DNA of 64,000 nt from Enoplolaimus lenunculus. Lineage: Eukaryota. Positions 33,209-47,505 of this stretch are shown here, one piece after another. The translations under genes were made by a program, and so were the position numbers. Each line of letters opens with the position of its first letter. Position 1 is the first letter of the stretch. The stretch covers positions 62,001 to 126,000 of the forward strand of contig JASANG010000245.1 of assembly GCA_030248215.1 (NCBI GenBank), read 5' to 3'. The notes under the pieces were generated by a model. The model was given only the letters and a program-made list of their open reading frames with translations, was not told where the DNA came from and did no database searches.

Positions 33209-36200
33209 ATGTTATTTTTAAAAACCAAAGACATTCATGGTCAAATAATAACGTTAGCATCAGTATTAATTACGCTATTTTGCATTTTGTGTTGCTTCGT
33301 TTTCGTTCCACTGTTACACAATCAAGCGATTGTGCTGGAAACAGAAATTATGTCTCAAATTGGCGAGTTTAAAGTAAGCGACACATTTACAACAACGACA
33401 GTTTGATTAACGTTTCTGATGGGTCTGTAAAAGAGCAGGCTTACATTCTAGACTAGATTTTTTCCTTAGGCTTAGGCTTAGGCTTAAGAATATGCTTTTG
33501 CAACGGTTATGCTTATGCTTAGGCTTAGGAATACGCTTTTGTAACGCTTAGGCTTAGGCTTAGGAACACGCTTTTGCAACACTTACGCTTAGGCTCAGGA
33601 ACACGCTTTGCAACACTTAGGCTTAGACTTAGGCTTAGAATACGCTTAATCTTCTGTTACGGCCTTAAAATTAACATTGGCCGAATGTTTTATAGCGACT
33701 CATCTGCTGGGAGCGTAGCGTACCGTTTATCTAAATCTTCCTAGGACTGCAATACAGTAAAGCAGAGGTATAAGTGGGCAAAGATTTATGGCCCGCGCTC
33801 CGCATACCCGCAGAAGTTCTATTTTTACCCGCCCTTCTTTCTTCTTTCGTTCGAAGCAATTGTGTAATTTAACAGTCCATTGATGTTAATCGCTCAATTT
33901 GCGTTATAAAAAACTCATTATTAGTAATTTTCAAAACATATCATTGCCTAAACATAAACCTAAGAGTTGCAAGAATGTGTTCCTATAAGCCTAATCCGAA
34001 GCCTAAGCAGAAAACAGTAATCCAGAATCTAAACTTACTCTTTTATAGACTCATCAGAAACCTGGACGCCCCTTAAAGTAACATGGGCCCCAAGTACTGT
34101 GGATTATTGGTCCTTTAAGCTAAAATCCATACAAATCCCTTGTCGAAGACACGAAAGTCATTCGAGTCAAACGAAGATAAATAACTTTAAAAGAGATAAA
34201 AATGAGGGTAAAACGAAATGCTTATAGGAGACAACAGAAACGCTATGGCAAGATATGATTGACGTCACTATTAATGTTCGGTCCAAACGTCAATATGGAA
34301 ACTCGCCTGCACCGTCACCCGGAGGACAATGCCGTGAGTCAAACCTTTAGAGTGGTCCTATGTTTTGTGACTATTTTACGCCTTCAGGTGACATCCGGTC
34401 ACGTCCGGCGCCGACTAAAACGCCGTTTGGTGCCCGGACTACATCGTAACTGCAGCAGTTGCTGATCGCACCGGATGCTATCCCATAAAAAATTTTAATT
34501 AATAATTACATGTATAGTGTCATTATTGATTCATAGGGTTGATGTTGTTGTTGGTAAATAAACATTGGTACAATAAAAATGGCCAAATCAGAGAAGCTTG
34601 AATTAATTCAAATATAAATATGTTTCGCAACCCACGGTGGTCCATGTAAAGGTCAGAGGCGAAACGTTTTTCTGTGAGACTAGAAAAAATAAGCTTAAGG
34701 TTTAGATTAATTTTTTGCTTAGCTTAGGCTTAAGCTTAGGAATAAACTTATTCTTACACTTAGGCTTAGGCTTAAAATTTGGCTTAGAAATATGCTTATA
34801 AAATACTGTTGCGCCCCTGTTCTTCACATTGGCCCCCACGGCGATGGAAGACGGTACTAGTTTTACATCTATCGACGACTTAAAGAGGGTATATATAAGT
34901 GAAAATGCAAGGCGTGCTGGGTCAATTATTTTTAAAAATTTTCGTATGAGAAAAATTTTCAATATCGAAAATAACGGAAAATTCGAGTGAAAAAATACCG
35001 GTTTTTCACCGGAACCGGATCTATTGAAAAAATACCTAATTTTGCTACCGGAACCGGAATTCCGGTTGCACCTTGATGTCCAAGTACTGATTGATTACGG
35101 TGCACCGGAGAATTGCCAAAAACAAACATTTTAAAATACAGCTGATCAGAGGTTATCTCAAACTTCCAAATATTGCAATAATCTGACTTACGAAAATACT
35201 AACATGTAAAACTGGATGTTTAGTTGAATCGAGGTAAGTGTAAAACAAATCCAATGCAAATGCGTTGTATATCACTCATTATGACGTGATACAAGTCAAA
35301 ACTCAAGCGAACAGCCATCTTGACACGGTTTCACTATTAAAGCGAGGTCGCGAAAATTACTGCTAATATACTTTAGAATGCTCGCAACAAGCTGCTAATG
35401 CGTGTCCAGCAGGGCTACCTGGATCGCCAGGACTTCGTGGAAACCCTGGCGTCCCTGGCACTGATGGACTACCAGGAATGCCTGGTCCAAATGCTGAAGA
35501 CATGGGTCCAATAATGCCAATGCCATGCCCAATTTGTCCGGGTGGCGGGCAAGGTCAACCTGGACTTTCTGGCAACCCAGGTATGTCATTCCGCTCTTGT
35601 ACATGTTTAGGCTTAGGCATATCTGGCTCTTGCAGGCTTTTTCCCTACATGCTTAGGTTTTAGGTCCAGGCTTTAGGGTTAGACATAGGAATACGCTTAT
35701 ACTATTGTTACAGGCCTGTTCAATACATTTGTTTCTAAGCACAAGCCTAACTTTTACTTAAACCTTTCTCTCAGCATTTTCCGATTAAGCCTAAACGTGA
35801 GCATAAGCTTATAATCCTTAACCTTAATAGTGAGGGACAGTGTAATACAACCAGTTATTTTAACGATATACTGACCCACCCGAGACTCGGAGGCTCAAAA
35901 ACTAGGGTAGGCTTCTATGTTTATGTTTGGGCTTACACTTGAGTTTAGTGGGCATTCTTTTATACTTAACACGGGCCCGTGAATTCCAAGCCATTCAAGA
36001 ATTTAGATTCACAGCTGAATAAACATCATTTTGATAGGTTTGTTTACTGACGTTGCTCAAAATTATGGATCTTTTCGGTTATCCCCCCAGCCTGCGTTTG
36101 CCCAAAAGTGCATGGTCGGATTTTGGAAATTTTTGCATATTTGAGCTTCTCATGGCCTCGCCAAAATATTTTGGTGAAACGGAACCTGGGCACAAAATGC

Positions 36201-37292
36201 CACGAAATGTAGCATATAAAAAGTATCATAACATTAACGGCCAGATGATAGTGTGTATATGTACAGTGTCTGGTTTAGCATGCGGTAAAGTTCAAAAAGT
36301 GATACAGTACCTAAAAGAAAATTTAGGATCGATCAAAGCTGGCTATGACCGATGTAAAATGCGCCATGTATCTACGAGGTTTCAAGTCAAATAAAAATCG
36401 TGGCAATTTTCGTTCTCGACAAACATTGTAGCTCTTGTACACTTCCTTCTCACACAAGCCCAGGTTTATAGGCTAAGGTTTAGATTGAGAAAAAGTATTG
36501 TCTAAGCCTATTAAGCCTTCAGCTATTCAAGTGTTTTCAAGAGCCTACGCCTTAACCCCTTCTCGCATGAATATTTTCTATTTCCCCTGAGACCTACTTT
36601 TATGCTAGGATTCGAACTCCAGTGACTGGAGTGGGAGGCGTATACCATCACCACTCAGCTATAAGAGCTTGACGCTCGAGCCCGAGGGGGCTCTCACGTC
36701 TTGTGGTGATTTAGTACTATGTATACGCGTTGCAATTGTTAAACACGGTGCGATATATACTATTTAACGTATATACACTGCGCTGAGTTGCCTACATGTA
36801 ACTCAATGTGAGAAGGGGTTAACATTAAATGTTGAAGGGAATGTGCACAACAGCCATATTTTATCCAGTTAAACGTTTTTTGCTTCAGGACCACCAGGGC
36901 CAGTTGGATTGCCAGGAACCGACGGTACTGGTCTTGGAAAAGGCCAACCTGGCCCTCCAGGTGTACCTGGTAATCCAGGACCGCCCGGAATCCGTGGCAA
37001 TCCTGGTCCGGCAGGCGAACCTGGTCAGCCCGGGCAAGGTGGAAAAGGGCCACCAGGAAACAAAGGTCCGCCGGGTCCGCGAGGCCCTCCAGGACCACCT
37101 GGATTAGATGCACCACGAACAGGCCAAGGTGCACCGGGGCCGTCTGGTCCAATTGGACCTGCTGGAAATCCCGGACGTCCCGGAGACGATGGTCGAGCTG
37201 GGGCGCCAGGCCCCCCAGGAATGCCTGGCAACGACGCTCAGTATTGTCCGTGTCCAAAGCGAAGTATACGAAGAACAGTTGTAAAGGCATAA
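33209..37292 (+). CDS. Nematode cuticle collagen (about 292 aa, 4 exons)
   Basis: Exons 33209-33373, 34228-34333, 35377-35580, 36889-37292 join in frame. Hydrophobic N-terminal Col_cuticle_N-like segment, RSKR furin-type site, Cys cluster (GQCQCS...CPAG), interrupted Gly-X-Y blocks (CPIC) and C-terminal [11 protein letters not shown]. Confidence 0.95.
34639..34834 (-). mobile_element. TTAGGC-bearing MITE, family A (collagen intron 2)
   Basis: TSD CCCACGGT/CCCACGGC. Confidence 0.8.
36556..36818 (-). mobile_element. piggyBac-like MITE, second copy (inverted), in collagen intron 3
   Basis: TTAA|CCCCTTCTCGCAT...ATGTGAGAAGGGG|TTAA; shares CCACAAGACGTGAGAGCC...GGGCTCGAGCGTCAAGCTC and A/B boxes (GGAGTTCGAATCC) with the 16069 copy. 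Confidence 0.75.
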
Positions 37293-38593
37293 AATGTAAA
37301 ATAGAATTAACTGTAGTCATAGTCATAGTGCATTATTTTCTAAAATTTTATCAAGATGTCGATTTGATGCAGTCAGGACCTGTAACCAGAAACAACTTCT
37401 GCTGAAAATACTTCTTTTAGTATTACTCGCCGTTGCTGTTAACGTCAATCATAGTTATGAACCATGGTACAACCGGAGGTCTGCCTCGGGCTGCGGCTCC
37501 AGCAGAAAATCGGCCTCCGGCTCCGGTAGAATTTTTGCCGGATTCCGGCAATTTCGATAGTAAAAGTTTGCATAATTTTGCAAAATTTATCTGTTTAGCG
37601 CGTTTTTTGTTTTACTTTTATCACAATTTCCAGGATAGAATTTCCAAAGTTTCGCAGAATATTAGCGTAAAACCAAAAAACTTAACAACATTGCAGATAT
37701 TGGCTAAGATTAACTGATTGACCATCATTTTTACCATCTAATTTCGCCTCACCTCCGGCCCCGGCAAGTTTCTTTGACTTCCGGCTCCGGTAGTTTTCAC
37801 CTGCAGTTGCACCCTGTTACGAACCTTTGCGCTCCTTATTCACCGTTTCACAGCAACAGAAGTGGGATTCTCATGTTGCGGAGACATTGTGATACGAACA
37901 ATAATTGTTCCGTTTTTAAAGTATACAGATTTCGCCGAGTTGTCAGTTGCGGAAGAATAAACTAAACCAATTCATTTTTATTTAAATTTTTTAACTCGTT
38001 CAATAAAACAGAAAATAATGTTTTTAAATTATGATTAAAGGACATAATATAGAAATACAGATATATCTTTGCCAAGAAAGCTCTAGCGAATGCAAGTGTT
38101 CGTAATTTCTATAACATCATCGCCGACGGTTGTATCCTGTTACTTTTAGAGCCGTCCCGATTTCTGGTTGTAAAAAGATTTCGTACAACTTTTTGCTCAT
38201 GCCTAGCCTACACTGTTTTCAACGTTTAGGCTTTTAGACTTAAAAATATGTTTAATTTACTGTTACGCCCTTAGAGTAACATATTGGCGGAAATTAAGTT
38301 CTTCTCCGCTGTTCAATGATTTGTTAATTTTTGAGGCAGCTTTGAAATTTCCATTGTCACGCTTGTTGAAGAACAAGCTCAGCAAGAGAATTCTAGCAAA
38401 GCTACATAAATTTTGGATTTGCCGTTGCACGATTAGTCGAACTAAAACCACTAAGGGTAATATTACGCAAAATATTTGTCAAGCTGTACCGTATTGAACG
38501 TAGAAGCAATACTTTTGTCAAATTTCACACTTAAATATACTCTTCAGCAAACTAGAACTCACTAGCCAGTAGCCACAAACAAGTATCTCTTTG

Positions 38594-41500
38594 TTAAGGG
38601 TTATACCAGTCGAGAAAAATTAATGTAAACGTCATAACAATGAGAAAGAACAATATCCATACTCGAAATCCAGCTTTCCTTTTCATAGCCTAAAAACAAC
38701 ACGTCTTATAATATGATATCCTCTGCACACTGCAATGAAATATCTTGCTATAAACTAATAGTTTTGCTTGAAATCTAGGTCCGTATTCTCAAATGTATCT
38801 AGCACCTATCTCCAGTTAGCGATATGTTTTCAAACTGACAAACGATTACGTCTACGGGTCTCACCACACTGGGCACAAATTGGAACAAACCTAGGTGTGA
38901 TCAATGGGCTGAATTTCGAACATAACCATTCAATAGTTCGAACGCAACAAAATTTACAACTAGTAATAGGTGCTATACATATTTGAGAATACGCGTCCAA
39001 AACCCAGCAACATTGATGAAAGTTATAAACGGCGCATGGCTAAAGATGTAATTAATAAGATAACATGGAAGACATTCAAATCAACGCATAGAAATCAATC
39101 CAATATCATGATATGACACTATTACTACGCTGTGGGAAATGCCAATAAAGCAATTAATGTTGTACTGCAACGCTTACTTCACGAATTTGGTCGTTGCCAT
39201 AGAGAATGTTTTCAGTGGTATTGACTTGAGTTTCATAAATTCTGCTAATATCCGTTTCCTATAAAAATAATTAGCGAGAACTTGTACCGTCAACATGAGG
39301 CGAAATTTTCGTGCAAAAACCGATAAGCAAAACTTGCCACCGCGATTTCTCAGCGCAAAAAACTTTAAGGTAAGAAGGGGCTGTATACCAATTTAATGCT
39401 TAAGTTACAGTACAAAGATAATACCCCGTATTCATCCGAACATCTTTTTGCCGCAAAACATGCACGTGCAACTTGCATGTGGAAGTTCAGTAACAAAACA
39501 ACTTTTAAGTTCTCGCAGCTGCAAATTATTCACCAGAATTCATTATTCACACGTACGAACGCAGTTGCCAGGCAATTGACGTTCGGCAAATCGAAAACCA
39601 TGTGGTTAAGCGCTTGTGAATTAAACCTTGAATTAATTCATTTGTGCGAATAGCCTTGCAACTCGACCTAATTTATGATCATTGGCTGGAGCGATAAAAT
39701 CTATGTATCGCATTTATTGCATTTGTCTATACATTATTCATATAACTTTATGTTAAGATTCCGAATAAAATATTTCTTTGCAAATACTTGCACATGGAAG
39801 TTGTTAATGCATATCGCAGCTGCGAGTTCTCGCTGCAAAACTTACGTGTGTGAATAGGAATTAACACTGTAAATGTTGACAGAAATGCATGACAATTTTT
39901 AACCAAAACACGAAATTATGACATAGAAAATGACAGTTTATTAAAATAATAAAACAGTTTCCATGTTAACCGGTATGGACTCGCCTGCTGTAACACTTTT
40001 TCTGAAAATACTTCTTGTAGTCTGTTTATTTCAACGACACGTCCTTCGATTTGCCTGAAACGAAAAAATGCAAACAATTTAATATTACACATTTCGCACG
40101 CTATTTAACGTTTGCAAATTACTTATAATATCATAAAAGTCACTCAAAATCATTTCAAAACAAATTTTTACTCCATAATTTGCAATAACATAATTACATG
40201 ATATTCGGCTCAAATGATAACAAAAACGTCAAAAGCTCAAATATTAAACTATTTACTTCACTTCGTCAATCATAGTACTCATCCTATGGTATATCATCTC
40301 GTTCTCTTTTTGTAGCTGAAACAAAAATTACATTGGGCGCAAACTATAACAAATCTAAAACGTGAGTAACAATAAAAAAGTTATTCCTGATTACCATGAC
40401 GCGCGTAATTGCTTATTAATTGAGAAACACCTAACACAAAATTCAGAATAATCAAAAAATCTCGATTAAATTTACTGCCTTTATTCACAACGGCCACTTT
40501 TCGCGAAATAACCTTTCTTTTACCACGCTGTTGTCTTCCACCGGTTCGTGATTCTGCTCGTAATCATAGTCATACTTGATCACAGTTACGTTTGGCAACT
40601 TTACATCATTGGAAGAGCTTGTCGACTTCGGGGTAAACTCTATATAACAAAGCAATACAGATAGATATATGCGGCCAAGAAGTCTGTCAAACTTACACAG
40701 AAAAACATAACGCATAGTAACGATACACGCAATTCTAGAATTCTCGTACCGCAAAAACATTGCAGGACAAATTTATAATCGCCTCTGCTGCGACAGCATG
40801 ATCCTATTTGAAAGCGTGTTGATGTAAAGAAACTATTAGCTACCAGCACTATCAATATTTTCGCTAAAAAACTAAGGATCATTAATAAGATTCCTTGGTC
40901 TCAAAATATCACAACACATGTTTTAGATTAATTCAACTGAATGATTTCATTGAGTTCTATAATACGTTGAACAATAGATTTTTGCAGTTTCGAAGTAATA
41001 GCATCTTGTCGAAGTTCCTTAAATATAATACAACTGACCGCCGCACCATACACTCGTTTATAGTCCATTTTTAAGTAGGCAGCTTACTGTGTTTTCTTGA
41101 ACGCAATCCTGTATTATCTATTTTCCCATTAGCATCTGTTTGAGCACTAGTAGAGGCACCGTGTGTATCCTTGAAACAATGAAACAATGCAGCTTTAATA
41201 TTACGTATCTACGTAATTCAATACTGCAATATGCTCGAGTTCCCCATGGCCGGACATCGGCCCAGAGCTGGCTCTAACTGTATAATATACACTTGAATAG
41301 AAAGTTCAAAACGTCAAAATGCTACTTCTTTAAAATCGCTGAATTTCTCATGATCAGCAACACAATGAAAACTAAATTAGTGATTATGTACCGCATAAAG
41401 CGCTGAGGATGTTTTGTTATCACAACCAGCTGCCGTGTTATTTTCCTTAGAATCCTTTAGATTTGAGAAAGATAGGTCTTTGATTCGATGTGAAGAGTTT

Positions 41501-43840
41501 TTCACAAGAGACTCCAAACGAAACCTGCAATCAAATGGAAATTGTGATTCTAAAAAAATTAAAATATAAGTTAATTAGGCATTACAGTAAATATAAACAC
41601 CCAGATGATCATCCCACCATATGTGGCACGAACTATCTCCAACGAGTTATTGTTGTCACACACTTGTTTACAAAAATATAACAAAACCTAGATTCCATAA
41701 ATTGACATTGATATTATTCAATCAGCAAAGACAATATCAGGTTACAAATTCGCAAAACAAAACCCCTACTAAGATTTTTAAGCCCGATATTCAATGTCTT
41801 ACAACAATAACATTTATTAAACAAGAAATTCGTCACAGATTGCTTACATTTTCTTCATTCCAACTGTTTTCTTAACTCGAATCGCTCGTTGTTCACTGTA
41901 AATCTTACAAACTCCTGAAACACTGACGTATGTTTCATAAATTTCTTCGCCTTCTGTTTTAACTGGTTTGCCATTTGGAAATTCTCGCTACTGCCGAACT
42001 CTAAGATTCTAATTTTGGATTAAAACAGAACAACGGCAACTGAAAGTATACTTACATGCTCCAACTTTAGCATAAGCAATGAATTACATCATCTGTTCTG
42101 CGGTATAACTTGTAAATAATCCTAAACATTAGAATGCAAAACTTAAGCAATTGAAAACACACTTTTCAAATAAGCCTCTAGAATGGCTATGACCGCTTCA
42201 TAGTGAAACTGCATTTGCTCATGCTGCATTGGTTGTAGTTTGACTGAAACAGCATATTATATTTAAAGTTGCCAGGGCCGGTACCAACCGGAACCAATGG
42301 ATCCTTCTGTACAAAAGTATTTTGACACATTTTTTAGAAAAATAAAACATTTTGTCGAAATAATGTTTTCCATATGACATACTAAAATGCCGGTTTTATA
42401 TATTAATGTTTTTGCGTATTTGTTCTCGATAACACCTTGCCAAATTAAGAATCGACCCTGGACCTATGCAGTAGAGAGGTAAACAATTTTTACAGCATGA
42501 TATATTAAGAAAATATACTTAAAAATTACACTTTAATCAGGGTGCTGAACTGTATATAACCTTAAATCCTGCGAGCAAGCATCATAAACATACGTACATG
42601 CATGCATTCCAATTATAAATAGTACATTCAGAATTGCAAAACACAATGTTAATGAATATAATTCTAAAATTTGCTCAACCTTAGAAGACACAAAAAATTT
42701 AAGAAAATCATTTGTTTTAATTGGAGCGGCACCGACTACGTACTTATAAATAATGTCCAATACATAATATACACGTCATACTGCCATTACACTAGAGTTG
42801 CAACATTTAAAAAGAAATACCCGGACCCAGAAATTTTTGCTGTGAAAACACGGATCAGGAATTTCTCAAAGCTAAAACTCGGGCCTCGAATTTGTTGGTG
42901 TAAGTACCCAGAATAACAGCACACTGTACCTTGTACAAGCTGGAGGGCGTACTTACCAGCATTTGACAGATTGCTGAGCAATTGATTGCACGACTTCATT
43001 GCTGCCTCGCAATCAGCATCGCGTTTATCTCGTTCAAAATCGGTCATAGTAGATGTTTCAGACATATGATGACTAAAACATGCCATAATTCATATTAGAG
43101 CAACTGCACACTAACATAGGCATTAGCTTTCCGTTTATGCTAACACATATACACAAGCACACATTATGTGCATCTTTTATTACATGTAAGAACTGGAATA
43201 AAGGAACAACAGACAAAGCTTTTGTGTCAATAATCATATGCGACCAGATATGACTATTTCTTTGCTTGGCATGGTCTTATAAGACGTTAGCAATACTAAC
43301 AATGAAAAAACCCTGACATATGCACATCACGAACACTTACTTCACATTGATGTAATCACGTCTGTCCTTCAGCAAGCAATCCCGAAGTACCGTTATATTG
43401 AACAACTAAAAAGATACGAATAAGAACAAAAAACAAGATCGTATACTGGCGTTCCTGTTACGTTGGTTCAGATCCCAAACTTGCCGGCGACGTCACTGCA
43501 CCCAATACAGCGGCCTGTAAATTTCTACTGCCTCCAGTTCACTATTCCTAACAAATTTTCTAAATGTTCCAACCGTTTTTCCAATGTAATATTTCTTAAT
43601 ACACGAAAAACAGAATTCTGCGTACTACATTAATGTACGTTTGAACAATCAGTATAAACAGAAAACCACAAGTTAATACCTACTAAAATAATTCTTCCTT
43701 CTTACCACACTTTTAGCTTCATTAGAAATTCGACATTTAGCTTTGTTTTTGGTTTTTTCTAATGATGCATCATCTTTAGTAATTCTTTTTCTAAGCTTAT
43801 GCATTTTGATGCAAGCACGAAACAGATTTGTTTGATCCAT
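38594..43840 (-). CDS. STX18: Syntaxin-18 (ER Qa-SNARE), 12 exons, about 366 aa
   Basis: Exons 43840-43706, 43405-43341, 43072-42957, 42243-42163, 41914-41848, 41524-41392, 41169-41088, 40639-40524, 40315-40257, 40054-39985, 39258-39178, 38689-38594. Gives [74 protein letters not shown] and the C-terminal [29 protein letters not shown], closely matching STX18 as remembered. Confidence 0.93.
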
Positions 43841-44256
43841 TAATTATAAAAGTCGAAACGTGTACATATCTATAAAATAAAAACGGCGCTCTATCGGTTG
43901 AGGGTAAAAATCAGGGAATGTAAGTTTTGCAAACATTTCGAAATATTCGTTCCCAGCTCAAGTATATATAATTTGACTGTATTTTCAGAAATTCTTTTCC
44001 GTTTTTGTATGTTCCCGATGAGACCGTTGAGTCGAAAAATCGAAAAGATTTTTTCTCTTGATGTTTAAAAAATGGATTTTTTGGATTGTCTAGAAGAGAT
44101 GATTGTTTATGTCCGGTGTTTAATCTTGTAATATACGAAAAAAGGCGCAAACAGATAGTAAAAACACTTGCACAAGAACCCGAAACTTAAAAAATACCGC
44201 GCTAGTACGGCGCAGACACAAGTATTGAGTATCGAATAAACAAATTCAAATAGAGG

Positions 44257-44370
44257 GCGACCTGTCACTGTGGTAGAGCACTTCCCTAAAGATTGGTAGG
44301 TTTCTAGTTCGAAAGCACCCGTTAAGCGCTGTTAAAAAGGTCTGAAGTCCCGGTTTCTTCTTAGACTGAC
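44257..44370 (+). mobile_element. tRNA-derived SINE, degenerate copy of the same family
   Basis: TGTGGTAGAGC...CTAGTTCGAAAGCACCCGT...GGTCTGAAGTCCCGG...AGACTGAC. Confidence 0.55.
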
Positions 44371-46099
44371 AACAACTAACAACTAACACTGACATTAGAT
44401 AGAAAAAGCGAAAAAAAACAATTATGAAACACCAAACTGACATGGCATCAAATAAATAATATTGGCAATGGACTGGACGACGTCGAAACACAATCAGTCC
44501 TTTTTTCCTAATGTAAAACGTAATTCTAACTTTTGGGTACGTTTAATTTCATTCCTTTGTCGCCTAGCTACCACATTAAGTGTTGGGTGAACAATGCATT
44601 ATAACCTCCAGGTTGTTTAATGCGCCAATATTACATTAGACGTAACAGTAGTATAAACATATTCCTAATCCTATTCTGGGCCTAAACCTCTAGGAAACAA
44701 TAAACCAATAACTGGATTTTATGAGAATTTGTTGGGGTTTCTGGGATTGGTCAATGCTGGCGGGGCTAGTTTGACTTATTTTCTAGGGATTTCTTGGATT
44801 TTGTTTCGTGTTAAATAGGGAAAGTTTACGGAAATCTGGGACCTGATTGTTACCTTGGAGTTTTACATTAGTTTTATACGGTGTGAGCTCGTGACATAGT
44901 GCATAATCAGTTATCGTACTTTAGCAGACGTGCGGAAAGCATCTAAACAAAGGACCTTTCGGCACTTCAGCAAAGAATAAGGCCGGCCGCTAAGCATCTA
45001 ATCTTTCCTTGTGCTTTACTCGTTGTATGCAATGCGGTGATTAGGAGATTAAAAGGGAAATACGACTGCATTATTGAAACAAAGCGGAATAACGTCGTTG
45101 AATGAAATACAGAATTTATCCACGGTTTTGGTGATTAGGCTTTTCACACGAAAATCACGAACTATTCAAAAAATTGCATCCTCATATGGAGTCCCTAGGT
45201 TTATAATTGCAGTATATCCAAATATCCAAAAGCACCCACGTTCAGTGTACACTACCAGGCAACTGGCACACCCTCTATGGCGTATACATCGCAACATAAA
45301 TTGAACAAACACATGCCAGTTTGTTAATACGTCATTGAAAGGACAGCGGTTTTGTCCTGAGTCCGTCAGAAGGAACTCTGGAACTGAGTTTGTGAATTAA
45401 AAGGTTACGATATTGTTACAGAGGGATTTAATACTGAAACATGTATAGATTCACCCTAGCTTCGCAACCGAGTCCTTCAAAGCTTCACCTTTTGCTGCGA
45501 GCTTTCCTACACTCCATTTCTACTCTAAGACATATCAAATACGCCCATAATAAACCATAAATTAAAGTTTTGTACTAAAGCTGAAGGCAATAGTGTGTAG
45601 GTTTTCGCTCTCCTCGCTTCTTCAAATCATGTTTACGTAACGAAAAATTCGGCCTGAAGCACCTATCCAAAACGCCAAAAAACTCTGAAATTGGTTCGAT
45701 GGTTGACTAGGAAAGCGTGACCAATTTCATTATCACGCCATAAAATGTAGTTAGATCACTGCCCACTGCTAAAGGGTTCTATGTTCACTTTCAGGTGGAA
45801 ACCCAAGGCACAAATGTGGCAAGGTGCGCCTCCCCCAATCCAAATTTTCGGTACCCTTCTGTCGTGCGTTCACTGCTGAACATTATACCAAATCTCAATG
45901 TGAACGGAATGTGACAACCTATAAAAGTATCATTGGTTAAAGACACACGTTTTCTTCGGGAGACAATCGTCGATTAAACGCTTTCAACAGTTTCTTGCTC
46001 ACAGTATGGTGTTTCCTATACAATCAATGGTAACGCATGTGCTTAATTGACCAAAGCAAAGAAAATTATATTCCTAATATAACGGTCCATAAAACTTCA

Positions 46100-46420
46100 G
46101 GCCAATATTACTTTTAGGGCCGTAACAGTAGATTAAGCGTATTCCTAAGCCTAAACCTAAGCCTAACCTAAGCGTTTAATAGCGTATTCCTAAGCCTAAG
46201 CCTAAGCGTTAAACAGCGTATTCCTAAGCCTAAGTCTAAGCGTTGCAAAGGCGTATTCCTAAGCTTAAGTATAAGCGATGCAAAGGCGTATTCCTAAGCT
46301 TAAGTATAAGCGATGCAAAGGCATATTCCTAAGCCTAAGCCTAAGCAAAAATGTAGTCTAGAATGTAAGGCTACCCTTTTCCCACCAGAAACCGGGACAG
46401 CCTTTAAAGTAACATGGGCC
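46100..46420 (+). mobile_element. TTAGGC-bearing MITE, family B, with internal module duplications
   Basis: B TIRs; GC(G/A)TATTCCTAAGC module repeated about 6 times. Confidence 0.8.
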
Positions 46421-47145
46421 AACCTTAAAATATGCAACCGCTTAATATAAAAACACAGGAATCGGAAGTCAACAGAATTTGATAGGCAAGAAATGACAAC
46501 TGGAAGCGGATGTGATACCAACGACGTCAATTAATCTGTAACTGTAATTTATAAAGTTATTGGCTAAAACTTTGTTTTAGCAGGTTTTGTATGCAGTATT
46601 CGTGATTTAAATATAAAAGTTCAAAACTTGCATTCAAGGCTACGAAATTGTTTCAAGGGCATTTGGTACGTCAGACCCAAAAATGCCACATTTCCACGGG
46701 TAACCTTGAATGGCATGGTCGATTATGAATGACTCCATACTGCTAAAAATGGTGTTATACTGACTCTCTCCGAAATAGGCTTTTTGGGACTGCACAAATT
46801 GAGTCAAAATTTTACTCCACCAGAGTCAAATTTGACTCACTAAGCCGCACTTTTGACTCTGGCTGAGTCGAATTTAACTCAGCTTGTGTAGTGCCGAAAA
46901 GCCTGTTTCGGAGAAAGTCAGTTGACTCACGAATTTTTGTAGTGTATGAATTTTCGACGTAAACGACAGAAAAAATAACATAAAATTATGCGAAGCTAAA
47001 ACACAAATCCGTTCAACCGATTCGCATATGTGTTTCATAGTCCATTTTATTGGAGCTGCCCAGAGCCTAGGATTTAAAACCTATATCCTTAAGCCTAAAT
47101 CCACCAAATCTGGTCTATCCATTTATGTTGTCTCCCAGCGGGCAC

Positions 47146-47310
47146 AGGACCGTAGCCAGCTCAACTTGCAAGGGTGCTAAAAAATTTTCAGGACGGGCAT
47201 TCAAGCGTTTTCAATGAGTTACAAGCAAGGTTGAATACTTTCCAGCGGATGGGCCCAAAATTTTCCAGAGAGGGCTGAGCCTCATCTGGCCCCCCTTGGC
47301 TACGGGCCTG
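47146..47310. mobile_element. hAT-like MITE (CAGG.CCGTAGCCAG TIR), representative copy
   Basis: CAGG...CCTG ends with a degenerate 8-bp TSD. Copies at 28110-28279 (TSD AGACGGCG/AGACGGTA), 52848-53010, 53049-53209 and 61603-61768. Confidence 0.7.
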
Positions 47311-47505
47311 AGTGAGCTAGCGCCTAAAACATTGACCTGTTTCTTTTTTGGCTCATAAAAGATGTCGTGCGGCTTCTAGCTGGCTGACTCGCTTCTATTT
47401 TCGGTTTCCGGTTATTTCAGCAATGACTTCTATTTAAAGCTGGTTTTTTTTTACTGAAAGAAAATAAGCTCCAACATTGTGCTTGTACTGACGTATTATG
47501 TGAAC

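Noticed and set aside
36760..37326. 188-aa and 68-aa minus-strand ORFs
   Set aside because: Antisense shadows of the GC-rich collagen exon.
42533..42760. Hydrophobic TM-like ORF (also 40640-40882)
   Set aside because: These lie in syntaxin-18 introns; the flanking exons join in frame without them and match STX18.
44468..45860. Possible further upstream HECTD2 exons (ATG at 44468, TTTCAG at about 45790)
   Set aside because: No homology and no convincing phase-consistent chain to 51947.
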